A stretch of 64,000 bases of DNA, taken from positions 744,001-808,000 of the forward strand of contig MU008163.1 in NCBI GenBank assembly GCA_010909165.1, given 5' to 3'. Positions 12,853-25,124 of this stretch are shown here, piece after piece (the stretch's first letter is position 1; each line of letters begins with the position of its first letter). Source of the DNA: Anthoceros angustus. Taxonomy: Eukaryota > Plantae > Anthocerotophyta. The position numbers were made by a program, and so were the translations under genes. A model generated the notes under the pieces. That model saw nothing but the letters and a program-made list of their open reading frames with translations. It made no database searches and was not told the origin of the DNA.

Positions 12853-13242
12853 AGATACTTTTATTTTTATCTTTATAAAGGGAAGGTACACTATTACTTT
12901 CTAGATATGAAGGAAGTTCCTTTTTCTTGTTTGTACTCATCTTTCACATACATAAAAGGACATTATAAATGAAAGGGTTGAAGTGCCTTTTGGGTTCCCA
13001 CTTCCACACCTCGAAAGGCAGGGGCCAGCGCATTCCGTGATTCCACCTCTTCCCTTCGTCTAGTTGTGTACCGCCTTCTTTAGACTTGCGGCTTGATCGG
13101 ACCGGGTGCTTTGGATGATCATGATGGGGTTGGATTCCTTCGACTCCTTGGGATCGGGAAGGCTTAGATGGAGACGATGGCGTTGGATGTCAATGTGGTG
13201 GCCAATACCGATTTACGGGTGGCATGGCCTTGGGGCATATGC
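12853..13242 (+). repeat. Duplicate of P450 promoter/5' region and first codons
   Basis: Matches 2909-3302 up to ggcatggcc[c/t]tggggcatatgc, then switches to ADC-derived sequence. Confidence 0.9.
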
Positions 13243-16160
13243 GCTTCCGAGCCATAGTCGAGTCCCTCCGATGCTCCATGATGTCCTCCACGATCTACCG
13301 ATTCGGATTGCACTTCATTGGGAAAACCCCACGGAACACTCCGTAGTCTGACTGACAATGGCCTCAACAAAGGCATTGCTCAAAGTATAAAGCATGTGCC
13401 TTAGAATGTCTAGGAACCACATGATGAGGGTGTGCCCGACCAGGCTAGCCCACGATCTCGCTCCGGCCTCACGCATCAATCTCCTCTCACACTGCGTGTC
13501 ACCGTGAGGTGCACACATACATGTGCCCCATTGTGAAGTATGGGCCCCCCATGGTCCACGTCTTGAAGGATTGTACTCACAGCCCATGCCCATGACCATG
13601 CCCAAGTCCAGTGCAGGCTAGCCTTGTAAGCGTCCTTGTGTGTGAGGAGCTCGACTTCCTGGGTGGGGCCATTTCACCTTCCTTCCCACGCCACTCCATC
13701 ACACTTTTGACACAAATGTACCCACCCACACCGTCTTTTAGGTATGATTCATAACCAACAAAGTCGGGCTTGCAATCAGCGGTGTGCAAAAGCTCTGTTT
13801 ATGCGACTTTCTTTTTCTCTTCATCAACAACTATCGATGACAAAGGTAAATATTCGTCTTTCGGCGGGAAGAAGGAAACAAGGTCTTCTCGACAGCATGC
13901 AAGAACCCTAAACATCGATCTGACGTGTAAAACACGATCCACAACTCCCCATCACGATGTATGTATGGATTTATGGGTACAACATGGCGGTGCGGCACAA
14001 AACAAACCAACATGACGGAAAGACATACACATAGAAGCGTGCGCTGGCTGCGTCCAACCCTATAAGGGCCGTGAGTTCACGCATTGCGGCACTAGGCTAC
14101 ACGGCCACGGTACTACTCTGAGCGACTAGGCGGAGAAACAAGGTAGAAACATGCGGAGGCACGACTAGCGGGACACCTCCGGGGCGAAGCACACGAACTT
14201 GGCGGTGAAGGCTGCGAGAAAGCCTCACGGAGCTTCTTGTGGAGGCGCGGTGGGCTAACACAAGCGGGTCTCGAGCTACACAACAATGCAACGCAAGAAC
14301 GCCAATCACTCCACGAACTCAACAGTGGGTCCACAACTCCCCATCATGGTGCGTACATCAACTATGTATGTAGGGATAAGACATGGCGACTACCGTCGAC
14401 ATGGAGAAAAAGTACAAACAGCCGAGGTTAGGGGAGCTTACCTCGAGGAGGAAACACCAAAAGGTGAAAGCTGCAGAAAGCCTCTGGGATCAACTCCTGT
14501 GGAGTCGGTCGGATCTCGAGTGGATGTGGAGCTACCACTCACTCAGTAGCTTCAAGCAAGCCGCCCTCGTTAACCTCGCTCGGCAACCAATCAATGCTCC
14601 ATGCAAACCGGTGCCGACAATGGAGAGGAATAGCTAGTGCTCGCAAGGCAAGGCGGCGCCTCGAGGTTAACGTGGCGGGGCCGCTTGAAGCTGTGTCGGC
14701 ATGGCCTTGGGGCATATGCGCTTCCGAGCCATAGTCGAGTCCCTCCGATGCTCCATGATGTCCTCCACGATCTACCGTTCGGATTGCACTTCATTGGGAA
14801 AACCCCACGGAACACTCAGTAGTCTGACCGACAATGGCCTCAACAAAGGCATTGCTCAAAGTATAAAGCATGTGCCTTAGAATGTCTAGGAACCACATGA
14901 TGAGGTGTGCCCGACCAGGCTAGCCCACGATCGCTCCACGGCCTCACGCATCAATCTCCTCTCACACTGCGTGTCACCGTGAGGTGCACACACATACATG
15001 TGCCCCATTGTGAAGTATGGGCCCCCATTCCACGCGCGTCTTGAAGGATTGTACTCAGCCCATGCCCATGACCATGCCCAAGTCCAGTGCAGGCTAGCCT
15101 TGTAAGCGTCCTTGTGTGTGAGCTCGACTTCCTGGGTGGGGCCATTTCACCTTCCTTCCCACGCCACTCCATCACACGACACAAATGTACCCACCCACAC
15201 CGTCTTTTAGGTATGATTCATAACCAACAAAGTCGCTTGCAATCAAGCGGTGTGCAAAAGCTCTGTTGTTGTGACTTTCTTTTTCTCTTCATCAACAACT
15301 ATCGGTAGACAAAGGTAAATATTCGTCTTCGGCGGGAAGAAGGAAACAAGGTCTTCTCGACAAATGCAAGAACCCTAAACATCGATCTGACGTGTAAAAC
15401 ACGATCCACAACTCCCCATCACGATGTATGTATGGATTTATGGGTACAACATGGCGGTGCGGCACAAAACAAACCAACATGACGGAAAGACATACACATA
15501 GAAGCGTGCGCTGGCTGCGTCCAACCCTATAAGGGGAGCGTGAGTTCACGCATTGCGGCACTAGGCTACACGGCCACGGTACTACTGCGGGCTAAGAGCG
15601 GAGAAACAAGGTAGAAACATGCGGAGGCACGACTAGCGGGACACCTCCGGACGAGAAGCACACGAACTTGAGCGGTGAAGGCTGCAGAAGCCTACGGAGC
15701 TTCTTGTGGAGGCGCGGTGGGCTAACACAATGGGTCTCGAGCTACACAACAATGCAAGAACGCCAATCACTCCACGAACTCAACAGTGGGTCCACAACTC
15801 CCCATCATGGTGCGTACATCAACTATGTATGTAGGGATAAGACATGGCGACTACCCTAGTCGACATGGAGAAAAAGTACAAACAGCCGAGGTTAGGGGAG
15901 CTTACCTCGAGGGACGAAACACCAAAAGGCTGAAAGCTGCGAGAAAGCCTCTGGGATCAACTCACATGGAGTCAGGCTGGATCTCGAGTGGATGTGGAGC
16001 TACCACTCACTCAGTAGCTTCAAGCAAGCCGCCCACGTTAACCTCGCTCGGCAACCAATCAATGCTCCATGCAAACCGGTCGACAATGGAGAGGAATAGC
16101 TAGTGCTCGCAAGGCAAGGCGGCGCCTCGAGGTTAACGTGGCGGGGCCGCTTGAAGCTGA
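13215..16160 (-). pseudogene. ADC: Two tandem ~1.47-kb copies of the ADC 5' fragment plus leader
   Basis: Units ~13215-14695 and ~14696-16160, homologous to 8555-10015; encode FRGVFPMKCN and LIMWFLDILRH. Confidence 0.88.
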
Positions 16161-17224
16161 CTGATAGTCGACATGTAAGCACTTTCAAGATGGTGCAACA
16201 ACATATGATCACAACATAGGGATATATATACACACGTTCATGTTACGCCTTACTACATGTAGCCCAATTTTGAAGATGGTGGATAACATATGCACGTCCA
16301 CTCCCCACTCCCCACTCCAATGAATTACTCTGCGGCGAGGGTAGAGCATGATGATCAAAAGATGACTTGGTATCATGCGCAAATTCTCGGGAACTCATCC
16401 ACAGTGAAAGACTAAAGCAGTTGGTCGTTATGGGTCTACTATAAGCTCCTCCATAACGACGACTTCTCTCACTCCTCCATTTCGGTGGCGAGTCCGCTCA
16501 GAAATTTGGAGCTCATGATCTATATTTGTAAAGGGATCTCGTGTAGAAGGTTGCATACAGCGTGAAGTTAGTGCACAAGGTAAATTGGGATGATTCACAC
16601 ATACGAGAGGTCGAAAGATATTAATCTCGGACTTATTAATTGAGGTATCCAATTAATTTATCTTTGTGTATATATGTCTATATATTATGTAATTAATATG
16701 AGATTTATGTTTATCTATATATGCTGGCTTTGAAGGGCTAAATAATAGTCTTTGTTGAGGTGTGCATATTCTTAAACTATTGTCATCCTTCATTATATTC
16801 ATTGTCCCATAGGAAAATCATCACGTAAAATCATTCATTCATTCATGATTGAGCATATAGGAGAAAGAGCATATTGGAATAATCGTAAACAGCATATCAA
16901 AAATAATAATTAGTCGAGCGGTTCATTTGGGAGAAGGTAAAAGATATGTTACACTACAAAAAAAAGGACACATTATGTAGTTACTTTCGATCATGACCTT
17001 AGAAGACTTTACCCTCTTGTAGGACCCGAAGGAGAAAGTTGATCAATATGTTTTCATTGAGCAACTATTAATGTGAACATATTTGCGACCTCCAGTTCTA
17101 GTACAACCTTTGTGTGAAGACAACCATAACGTCTAGGGTTTATTTGTAAGCAGGGATCTCGTGTCGAAGGCTATATATGCGTGAAGTTAATACGTTAGAT
17201 TAGGACGATTCTGGAGGTCCCAAA

Positions 17225-20016
17225 ATATCAATCTCGGACTTATTAATTGAGGTATCTAATTTATTTAAGATCTATCTTCGTGTATATATGACTATATATT
17301 ATCTAATTAATATAAGATTTATTTTTTCTATATATGCTGGTTTTGAAGGGCTAAATAATAGTGCTTGTTGAGGTGTGAATATGCTTTAACGATTGTCATC
17401 CTTCATTACATTCGATTGCCTCACGGAAATCATCACGCAAAAATTAATTCTTGAGCGCCATATGGAACTTTGTTCCATTTGGGAATAAAAGTACTCCAAA
17501 GATGGAATATTGGGAATAACAAGTCTCTTTTGCTTGCAACTAGTCCATGAAGTGTGCTTGTTCAATGAATATATTGTGCCATAATCATTCATGTCGAAAC
17601 AATCATAATCTCAACTAGTTTTGTGTATATCCGGATAGTTGTGGTGCAATCTCGGTGCCCTAACGTATTGGGCTGGTATCAAAATCGTCTATAGACTAGG
17701 TAGATTCTTCTTGTATGTACTACTTTGATGTCTTGTTGGGATAAACAATAAAGTTGACACGCTCTCCTTGATCATATCTAGAGCTTTGGCGGAAATTCTT
17801 TGTAAGCACATGGGATGCTTTTCTTGGTCTTTGTTACCAAATATTTTGATATGATACGTAGAATTCTTCACTACATACTAGCATTTTAAGTCTTCTTACC
17901 CACCATTTAAAACTAAATGGAGCATACCATCTTAGTGTGCTAAGTTAGTTAAGAACTTGATTTTATAGAGTAATATTGAAATATCCACGTCGGTAGTTTG
18001 TAAGGTAGTTGGAATTTTGAGCAATGACACCTTCATCCTCCACGATCCGGTTTGAATGTTCGGACACAATACTATATTCATTTATTCATTCATTCATTCA
18101 CCCAAAGTCCAATCAAACTCCAGTCGAGCTAAGTTAGATGCCAAGGCACAACACTATACTCATTTGTAGACCAAGCAAGCTAGCCCACCTTTGTCCTTTG
18201 TGGAGATTAGTTTTGTGGAGTTGTGCTCTTGTATGCAATGAAAGCTGATCCCCAGGCTCTCGGGTGCATTGAATCGCGAATGCTTAAAGACGTTGTAGTA
18301 CAAAAGGCAATTCCGAAACCTGGTTAAGTTTTAGAGATACCTCATCAAGCGGCATGAAATTTCCAAGGTGTTCCAAGGAGGCTGTTATGAGAGTGAGGAA
18401 CCAACTTACAATCAGCCCCCTCTACAACGCACACCTTAGTCCAAGGGGACAGGGAACCATATATATACAAACATGGCATCTCACAATGCAATTGAATTGG
18501 AGGCACCGAGGCGTGCGAATAAAGGCCATTCGCGTGGCAGCAATGAAGCCACGATCGTGATAGCGACAAGGAACCGAAATGTATATGTACTAGGCACGCC
18601 CATGGCCCCATCTTGATCGTCTTGTGTATAAATGCTTGTGGTACAATCGAGGTGCCTCGATGCAATGGATTGGCGTGCTATCCTATCCAAGGCGATGCTC
18701 GATTGCATGAGGTTTAGACTTTAAATGCAATGCCGACATATGATCAAAGGATCTGAGCGGATCCTTCATTTCATCTTGATTCATTGGATACCCAAATATT
18801 GGATGCAACAAGCATTGGGTAGGTTGGCATTATTAACCGAGGACATGGCATTAATAGATGTTGGATATCCAACTATGACTCTTGAAGAGTATGTCAACTT
18901 TGAGCGGGATGAAAATGTGGAGACAACATTTGTTCCCACTATTCAAAGAAAGTAGTGACAATGCCACCCCTACCACAATAGACTATGGAAGATGCCATCA
19001 AAGGTTTGGAGGCAGCAAGAACTTCCCGATACACATGCCACACGACACTCTGAGAATCTTTGGCGTTGCTTAATGTCTTTGAGAAACACGTGATTAGTCA
19101 TTATCTCAAAGTATCGTGGGTGCAAAGGATTATTGTCGGATTATTTCATAGCACAATAGACTTTTAGGTGTGATTGAAGACTCCTAGGCTAAGCTTTTTA
19201 TGATAGGTAGAGGTTATTTAATGCTGCTTAGAGAGTGCTAGCTTTCAAGCAACTATGTAGAGAACTGGTAAAAGTTATTTTTAGTGAAACCTATCAATCA
19301 AAATTTGAATTTTCTTTTTGGATTTTTATTTTTCAATTTATAATATTTTTATTTTTAAATGGGAAGCGTATCAAAATATTTGCAGCACCACCAAGAAAGC
19401 ATCCCATGTACATATAAAAATTGAATTTTCTTGCCAAAGCTCTAGATATGATCAAAGAGCGATGTCCACTTAATTGTTTATCCCAACAAGACAACAAAGT
19501 AGTACATACAAGAAGGATCTACCTAGTCGAAAGACGATTTTGAAATGAAATCATTGGACAAGATACCACACCGGTCCAATACACTAGGACACCTCGGATT
19601 GCACCACAACCATCCATACACAAACTAGTGGAGATCATGCTTGTTTCTAACTTGAATGACACAGGCACGATATACTCATTGAACAAGCACACTTCATATA
19701 CTAGTTGCAAGCAAAAGAGACTTGTTATTCCCAATATTCCATCTTTGGGTACTTGTTATTCCCAAGTAGGGCAAAGTCTCATCGGTGCTTAATAATTAAT
19801 TGTTTTACGTGATGATTTTCCTATGGGACTACAATGAAAGATGGACAATCGTTTAAGGATATTCACACCTCAACCGTCACTATTATTTAGTGATATAAAG
19901 CTAGCATATATAGATAAAAATAAATCTCATCTTAATTACATAATATATAGACATAAATACACAAAGATAAATATTAAATTAATAAGATACCTCAATTAAT
20001 AAGTCCAAGATTGATA
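17225..20016. mobile_element. Long inverted-repeat element (arms ~17225-17855 and ~19365-20016) enclosing a degenerate pogo/Tigger-like transposase remnant (+, ~18330-19070)
   Basis: Arms are reverse complements (atcaatctcggacttattaattgaggtatc vs gatacctcaattaataagtccaagattgat); internal P..GQGTI (degenerate QPxDQGII) and MTLEEYVNFE..EDAIKGLEAA; extra arm fragment 16520-16870. Confidence 0.6.
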
Positions 20017-20890
20017 TCTTTATAAGTGGGTTTTTATTGAGGTGAAAAAACCGATGGGAAAAGCCCATCCAGGAGGACAACCAAAGGGGACCGAGGGGGT
20101 CGAGGTGGAGAGGAGCAACTAAGCTCCTACCTAAAGTCACCTCACACCCACAATGTCATATGCATGAAGAATAAGCGGCACCGCAAACCACGGAGGTAGA
20201 GGAAGATCGTCACCTAGTCGAAGACGATTTTGAAATGAAATCATTGGACAAGATACCACACGGTCCAATACACTAGGACACCTGATTGCACCACAACCAT
20301 CCATACACAAACTAGTGGAGATCATGCTTGTTTCTAACTTGAATGACAGGCACGATATACTCATTGAACAAGCACACTTCATATACTAGTTGCAAGCAAA
20401 AGAGACTTGTTATTCCCAATATTCCATCTTTGGAGTACTTGTTATTCCCAAGTAGGGCAAAGTCTCATCCGGTGCTTAATAATTAATTGTTTTCGTGATG
20501 ATTTTCCTATGGGACTACAATGAAAGATGGACAATCGTTTGGATATTCACACCTCACTATTATTTAGTGATATAAAGCATATATAGATAAAAATAAATCT
20601 CATCTTAATTACATAATATATAGACATAAATACACAAAGATAAATATTAAATTAATAAGATACCTCAATTAATAAGTCCAAGATTGATATCTTTATAAGT
20701 GGGTTTTATTGAGGTGAAAAAACCGATGGGAAAAGCCCATCCGGAGGGACAACCAAAGGGGACCGAGGGGGTCGAGGTGGAGAGGAGCAACTAAGCTCCT
20801 ACCTAAAGTCACCCTCTGCACCACAATGTCATATGCATGAAGAATAAGCGGCACGCAAACCACGGAGGTAGAGGAAGATCGTCACCTAGT
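19521..20890 (+). repeat. Tandem direct duplication, ~690-bp unit
   Basis: 19521-20211 ~ 20212-20890; ACCTAGT at all three boundaries. Confidence 0.9.
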
Positions 20891-22950
20891 GCCGCCTTGT
20901 TGAGGATCACTGTTGGGGCCTTGGTTGAAGGCAATTGAAACCCGTTGTCGGAGTATGCTATGAAGTACGAGAGGACAGCCCCAGTGTCTGCGCATGGTAA
21001 GCTTTGTACAGGACTTGACAAATTTGTCAAAGTCCTCGACCATTACTTACGTTTTAGTGCAAGCGGAATAAAGAGATGGCCCGCTTGCATCACTGCTATA
21101 TTCTCGGACCTTGAGAGCCGTTGCTCATTGACCAACACGGTTAGTGATGACTGGCGGAGATGGTGTCTCGTGTAGGATCGGTAACCACCACATACGCCAA
21201 AACACAGTCGCCACGGACAAGTGCAGTCGACGATTGAGCGACTGTGCGGAGTATACCGCTCCCTCCGGGCATGTAGCTTTCGCGGCGATGGCGAACATGA
21301 CATCGCGGATGGCATCGTGTGTGTCGATGACCCGTGGGGACGAGCAAGGTGTACCCAAAATCGCCGGCGAGCGCACTCGCAAGTAAGGCGAAGAAGCCAC
21401 GGTGGGCGGGCCAAAACAGAATCGCGATGGTGAAGGTGGTTGGTGCGATGTGAAACCCGTATGCATGGGCGGGCGATGGCCAGCACTGCGCCCTTCCCGA
21501 ATAGCGGGCGCTCTTGTGGACACAGGGATGGAGGGGTCTGGAGGACGGTGAAAGCTGGCGGCGCTCTCGGCGAGATGCTGTAAATGTCGAGAAAGGAGGA
21601 AGTCCTTAGAGCATCCATTGATAACATGTCCTAGCTTGCCTCAAGGGCGTTTGGAGAGAAGGTTCCCTCATCCACTCAGATACGAGATCCTCCGAAAGGG
21701 CTGTCATGGAGGATGAAGCGAGAAGCCAAAGCGAGGCGAGAGGGCCAAGCGCGAAAGCCGTCGGGAAGAGACCTCCAGGTGAGCGGATGCCTCAAATTGC
21801 AGTGGGGCGCTTGCCGTGAGCGGATCGCCCTAGGGCACTCAAAAGCCCACAGGCCAGGATGTCCCCAAGAGTATCCATAATCTTCCTATCAAACCGCGTA
21901 GGGACAAAAGGGTCGGGGACGGAGGCGTCTGAATAAACCGGGCGCCTAGCAAAGCAGGAGGAAAGAATTCCAAGGCCACTGTGTATCCTCTAGCAAAGGA
22001 GGTCCTCGACATGGGAGAGGTCCTTTCGAAACTGGTCGAAGCTCCGATGAAGTCAAGGGAACCGAAGGGACCCCTAGAATCCGCAGTCCCAAAGCCGGAG
22101 CAATCTCCCCAGCAGGAAACTACAAAGTAGGTAGAATAGCTCAAAGGCCTCCTTGACTTTGTCCCTAGGCCCGAGGATGTGAGAATTGTTTACCAGCAAA
22201 GGGAAGACACAGTCGCGCGCTGAGAAGGCGACCCTAGATAGGGCCCTATAGTGAGCAATGGCGAAGAGAAACCGCCAGTCGCCTTCACAGTACTTGTGGC
22301 CGATTCAAAGAGAGCAAATCCACGAAGAGATGTTCTTGTCTTTGGTAGTAGAGGTTGGAGGACCTCCCGTAGAAGCACCGGACAAAAGGTATAAGGCTCC
22401 CCAGGACGCCGCCAGCATCCTTAAGCTCCTCGAAGATGACGCTCCTAGAGATGGTATTGACTGCGTTTTCGACATCAACCTGTAAGACCACCCACTCCGG
22501 TTGGGTATCAAGGCATGCCTTCACTCCAAGCACCTCAGACTCACAGGCCCCCGATGTGGCAATGCCAAATTGAAGGGGTTGAGGTCTTGTTGCGAAGAAG
22601 GACAAGGACAATAGTGAGGCTGAGTAGCCGCATGAAGGCTTCCCCGACCGCGAGTGGGCGCCTGAGCACAGGCGAGCTTGTCCATAGTGATAAGCACACT
22701 GTGCAGAACATGGGAAATCCGGTGAGGTGTCTCACCCCGAGCCACCGTAGCGGCCAGAGAAAAGAGCTCTGGGAAGCCACTAGATGGATCTTCAGGGAGA
22801 AAAAGATCCCTGAGGTGTTCAAACACCATTCGTGACAACCCGGCAGATGAAAGACGTGGGGTCGTAGAGAGTGCCAGAGCAAAAGCTGCCCGATCCAGGG
22901 AGAAGGGATCCTCTAGGACATAGTCGGATATGTCCGGATATATGCAACAA
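20690..22950 (-). mobile_element. 5'-truncated non-LTR retrotransposon, CRE-like (RT + zinc knuckle + restriction-like endonuclease)
   Basis: RPLAVGEAFMRL; PLQFGIATSGACE; VLQVDVENAVNTISR; C-terminal THDAIRDVM..DVVVTDP-like RLE region and QRLS. Confidence 0.8.
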
Positions 22951-23204
22951 TGGTCTCTTCCCCTTTTAAAATATAAAATCATGAGCTTCAAGTTTCTCGG
23001 AGTGCAGGCTTGCTCATCGAAATGGAGGAGTGAGAGAAGTTGGTCGTTATGGAGGAGCTTATATTGGACTACATAATGACCAACTATTTTCATTCCACTT
23101 CGGTGGACAAGTCCCTGCACCTAGAAATTTGCAGACATGATACCAGTCACCTTTTGGACCGTTATCATGCTTTGCAAATTTCTCGGCGCGGAGAGTAATT
23201 TATT

Positions 23205-23215
23205 CACTACAAGAA
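23205..23215 (+). mobile_element. CACTA terminal inverted repeat CACTACAAGAA
   Basis: Canonical En/Spm terminus followed by an AT-rich subterminal region, ~100 bp past the stop of a minus-strand accessory ORF. Confidence 0.6.
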
Positions 23216-23306
23216 TCGCATGTGTTTTATAACGTATTTTACACCGTACTTTACAATCTCACGTTTTTAAAACGGACATTTACATGTTTTTAGATTGACA
23301 GCTTAA

Positions 23307-25110
23307 TTAGGTTGCCCCTAAGGCTGCTATTTCTTCCGGGTTCATAACAATGAGGTTTGTTTCCTCATCCTCCTCATTGTAGTTCCCCTTTATAGTCTCT
23401 AGGAGATTATTGTAGTAGGTCGCCATCCTATCATTCTCCTTCTTTTGCTCGTCCATGATCTTTGCCTTTAGTGGGGTTGCGTGCTGCTTCCACTTGGTTG
23501 AATCAGCTACCTTCATATGTGTGGCATCTCTCTCAACTACTGCTCCCTCCAACTCCAAGGTGAGCCTCACGATCTCCTCATCCTTCCGCATGGTGTACGT
23601 CACCACATGTTTGATTACAACTGCTGTGATCCTGTCTTGTTCTTCTCTTATGGCCTTTACAGCTTCCAAGGTGTGACATGCTATCAACACCTCCCTCTTG
23701 CAATTTTTGGCTTCCATTCCGTAGGCACTTGCAAGATCTTCAGCCTTCTTCCTCCGTTGCTGCAAAGCTCCCTTGTGATGCAAAGCTCTTCCCTGTGACC
23801 CTTGGCCACGTTCTCCGACTCTTGTTTCTCCTTGAGTAGTCCATCATATTTTCCCTTGTAATATTCCTTCCGCTGCTCCATGGTCACCAATCTTTTACGT
23901 AGGAAGTCCTTCTCATCTTCAAGATCCTTGCATACCTTGCCTACTGCCAAAGCTTCGGCCTCCCTTTCCTGTACTGCTTCTCCCACCCTTGCCAGGGCAG
24001 TCCTCATTTCCGCCGCCGCTTGTTTCTTTGTGGCTTCCATCTCCTTAGCCTTCCTTGCTGAATGCGGAGAATAGAGCCACCTTGCTCAGCCACCTTAATA
24101 GCCACGTTAAAATTCACCTGTTGTTAAGGTGGTTGGATGGTGGGGTGGTCAGCTATGCCACACCTCCATCTTGTAGCCCAGCTGCAAATTCAGCCTGCCG
24201 TGAGCGCTCTACCACGGCCTCTCCTACAAGGTTCAGCACACGGCCCTATCATGCCATCCTCACATCGTGACTCCACTGCGAGCACCTCCACATGCTTCGG
24301 CACCGTATGGCCCCCTCTTGCAAATGTTTCTTAGCATGATGAGAAGGGGAGGAAAACTGTTTTCTCATCTTCCTCCCAGGGTTCTCTGTTTAGTGCACCA
24401 TAACTTCAGCTCTCTTCCTATCTTCTTTAGCCTTTGCCTTGTGGCGTTCAACCTTCTCCAACATGTGCTAGGCACTCTCCAATTTCCCTTCCTTCACCCC
24501 CAAACTATGGTGGGTCTCTCTCGAAACGTCTTGGACACTCCCTCCTTGCTTGGCATGGCCCCCTGGTGTCCATACCATGGTAGGTATGATACCTACCCTC
24601 GTAGGTGCAATACCTACCACGGTAGGTGTCGTACCTACCACGATAGGTTCCACCCTACCAACCATTTCTTGGCCCTCACATCTTGTGTTCTTGGAGCCTC
24701 TCCTTGGGGCTCCCTTGAGGATGCTCTCTCCTCCGTCTGGTGCAAGTTGACATAACATTCTGCAATCAACTCTGAATTCGAAAAAGCCCAATGTCTACCA
24801 TACACCAAATTTACCTGAATATTCTCCTTCGCTGCCCAAGGCCTGAAATTTGCAAGGTCTTTTGAAGACAATTTCCCTGCAAAGCACATGAATTGTGGCA
24901 TATCTAGCTTCCATCCTTTAGGGCCTGTACTTCCTGCCTTAGGCTTCTTGCCTTTGCCTACCCCACTTTCCTTTGTGGGTGTCTTGGTCTTAGCGCCCGC
25001 CTCCTTTCCCTTCGCTTTGGAAGGCCTTGTCATGGCTTCCTTGTTGAGCTCTTGCACAAAGTTGAGAAAAAGGGTCACTTCTCGTGCAACTCTTACACTA
25101 TTTGCCAGAT
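23307..25110 (-). pseudogene. Transposon accessory protein, coiled-coil, frameshifted (candidate CACTA second gene)
   Basis: ORFs 24635-25078, 24468-24791, 23684-24040 and 23307-23783 are collinear and K/E-rich. Confidence 0.55.
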
Positions 25111-25124
25111 TCCTACCACGATAG

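Noticed and set aside
16952-16967. CACTACAAAAAAAAGG as a second CACTA end
   Set aside because: No partner TIR or subterminal structure found; may be chance or an isolated relic.
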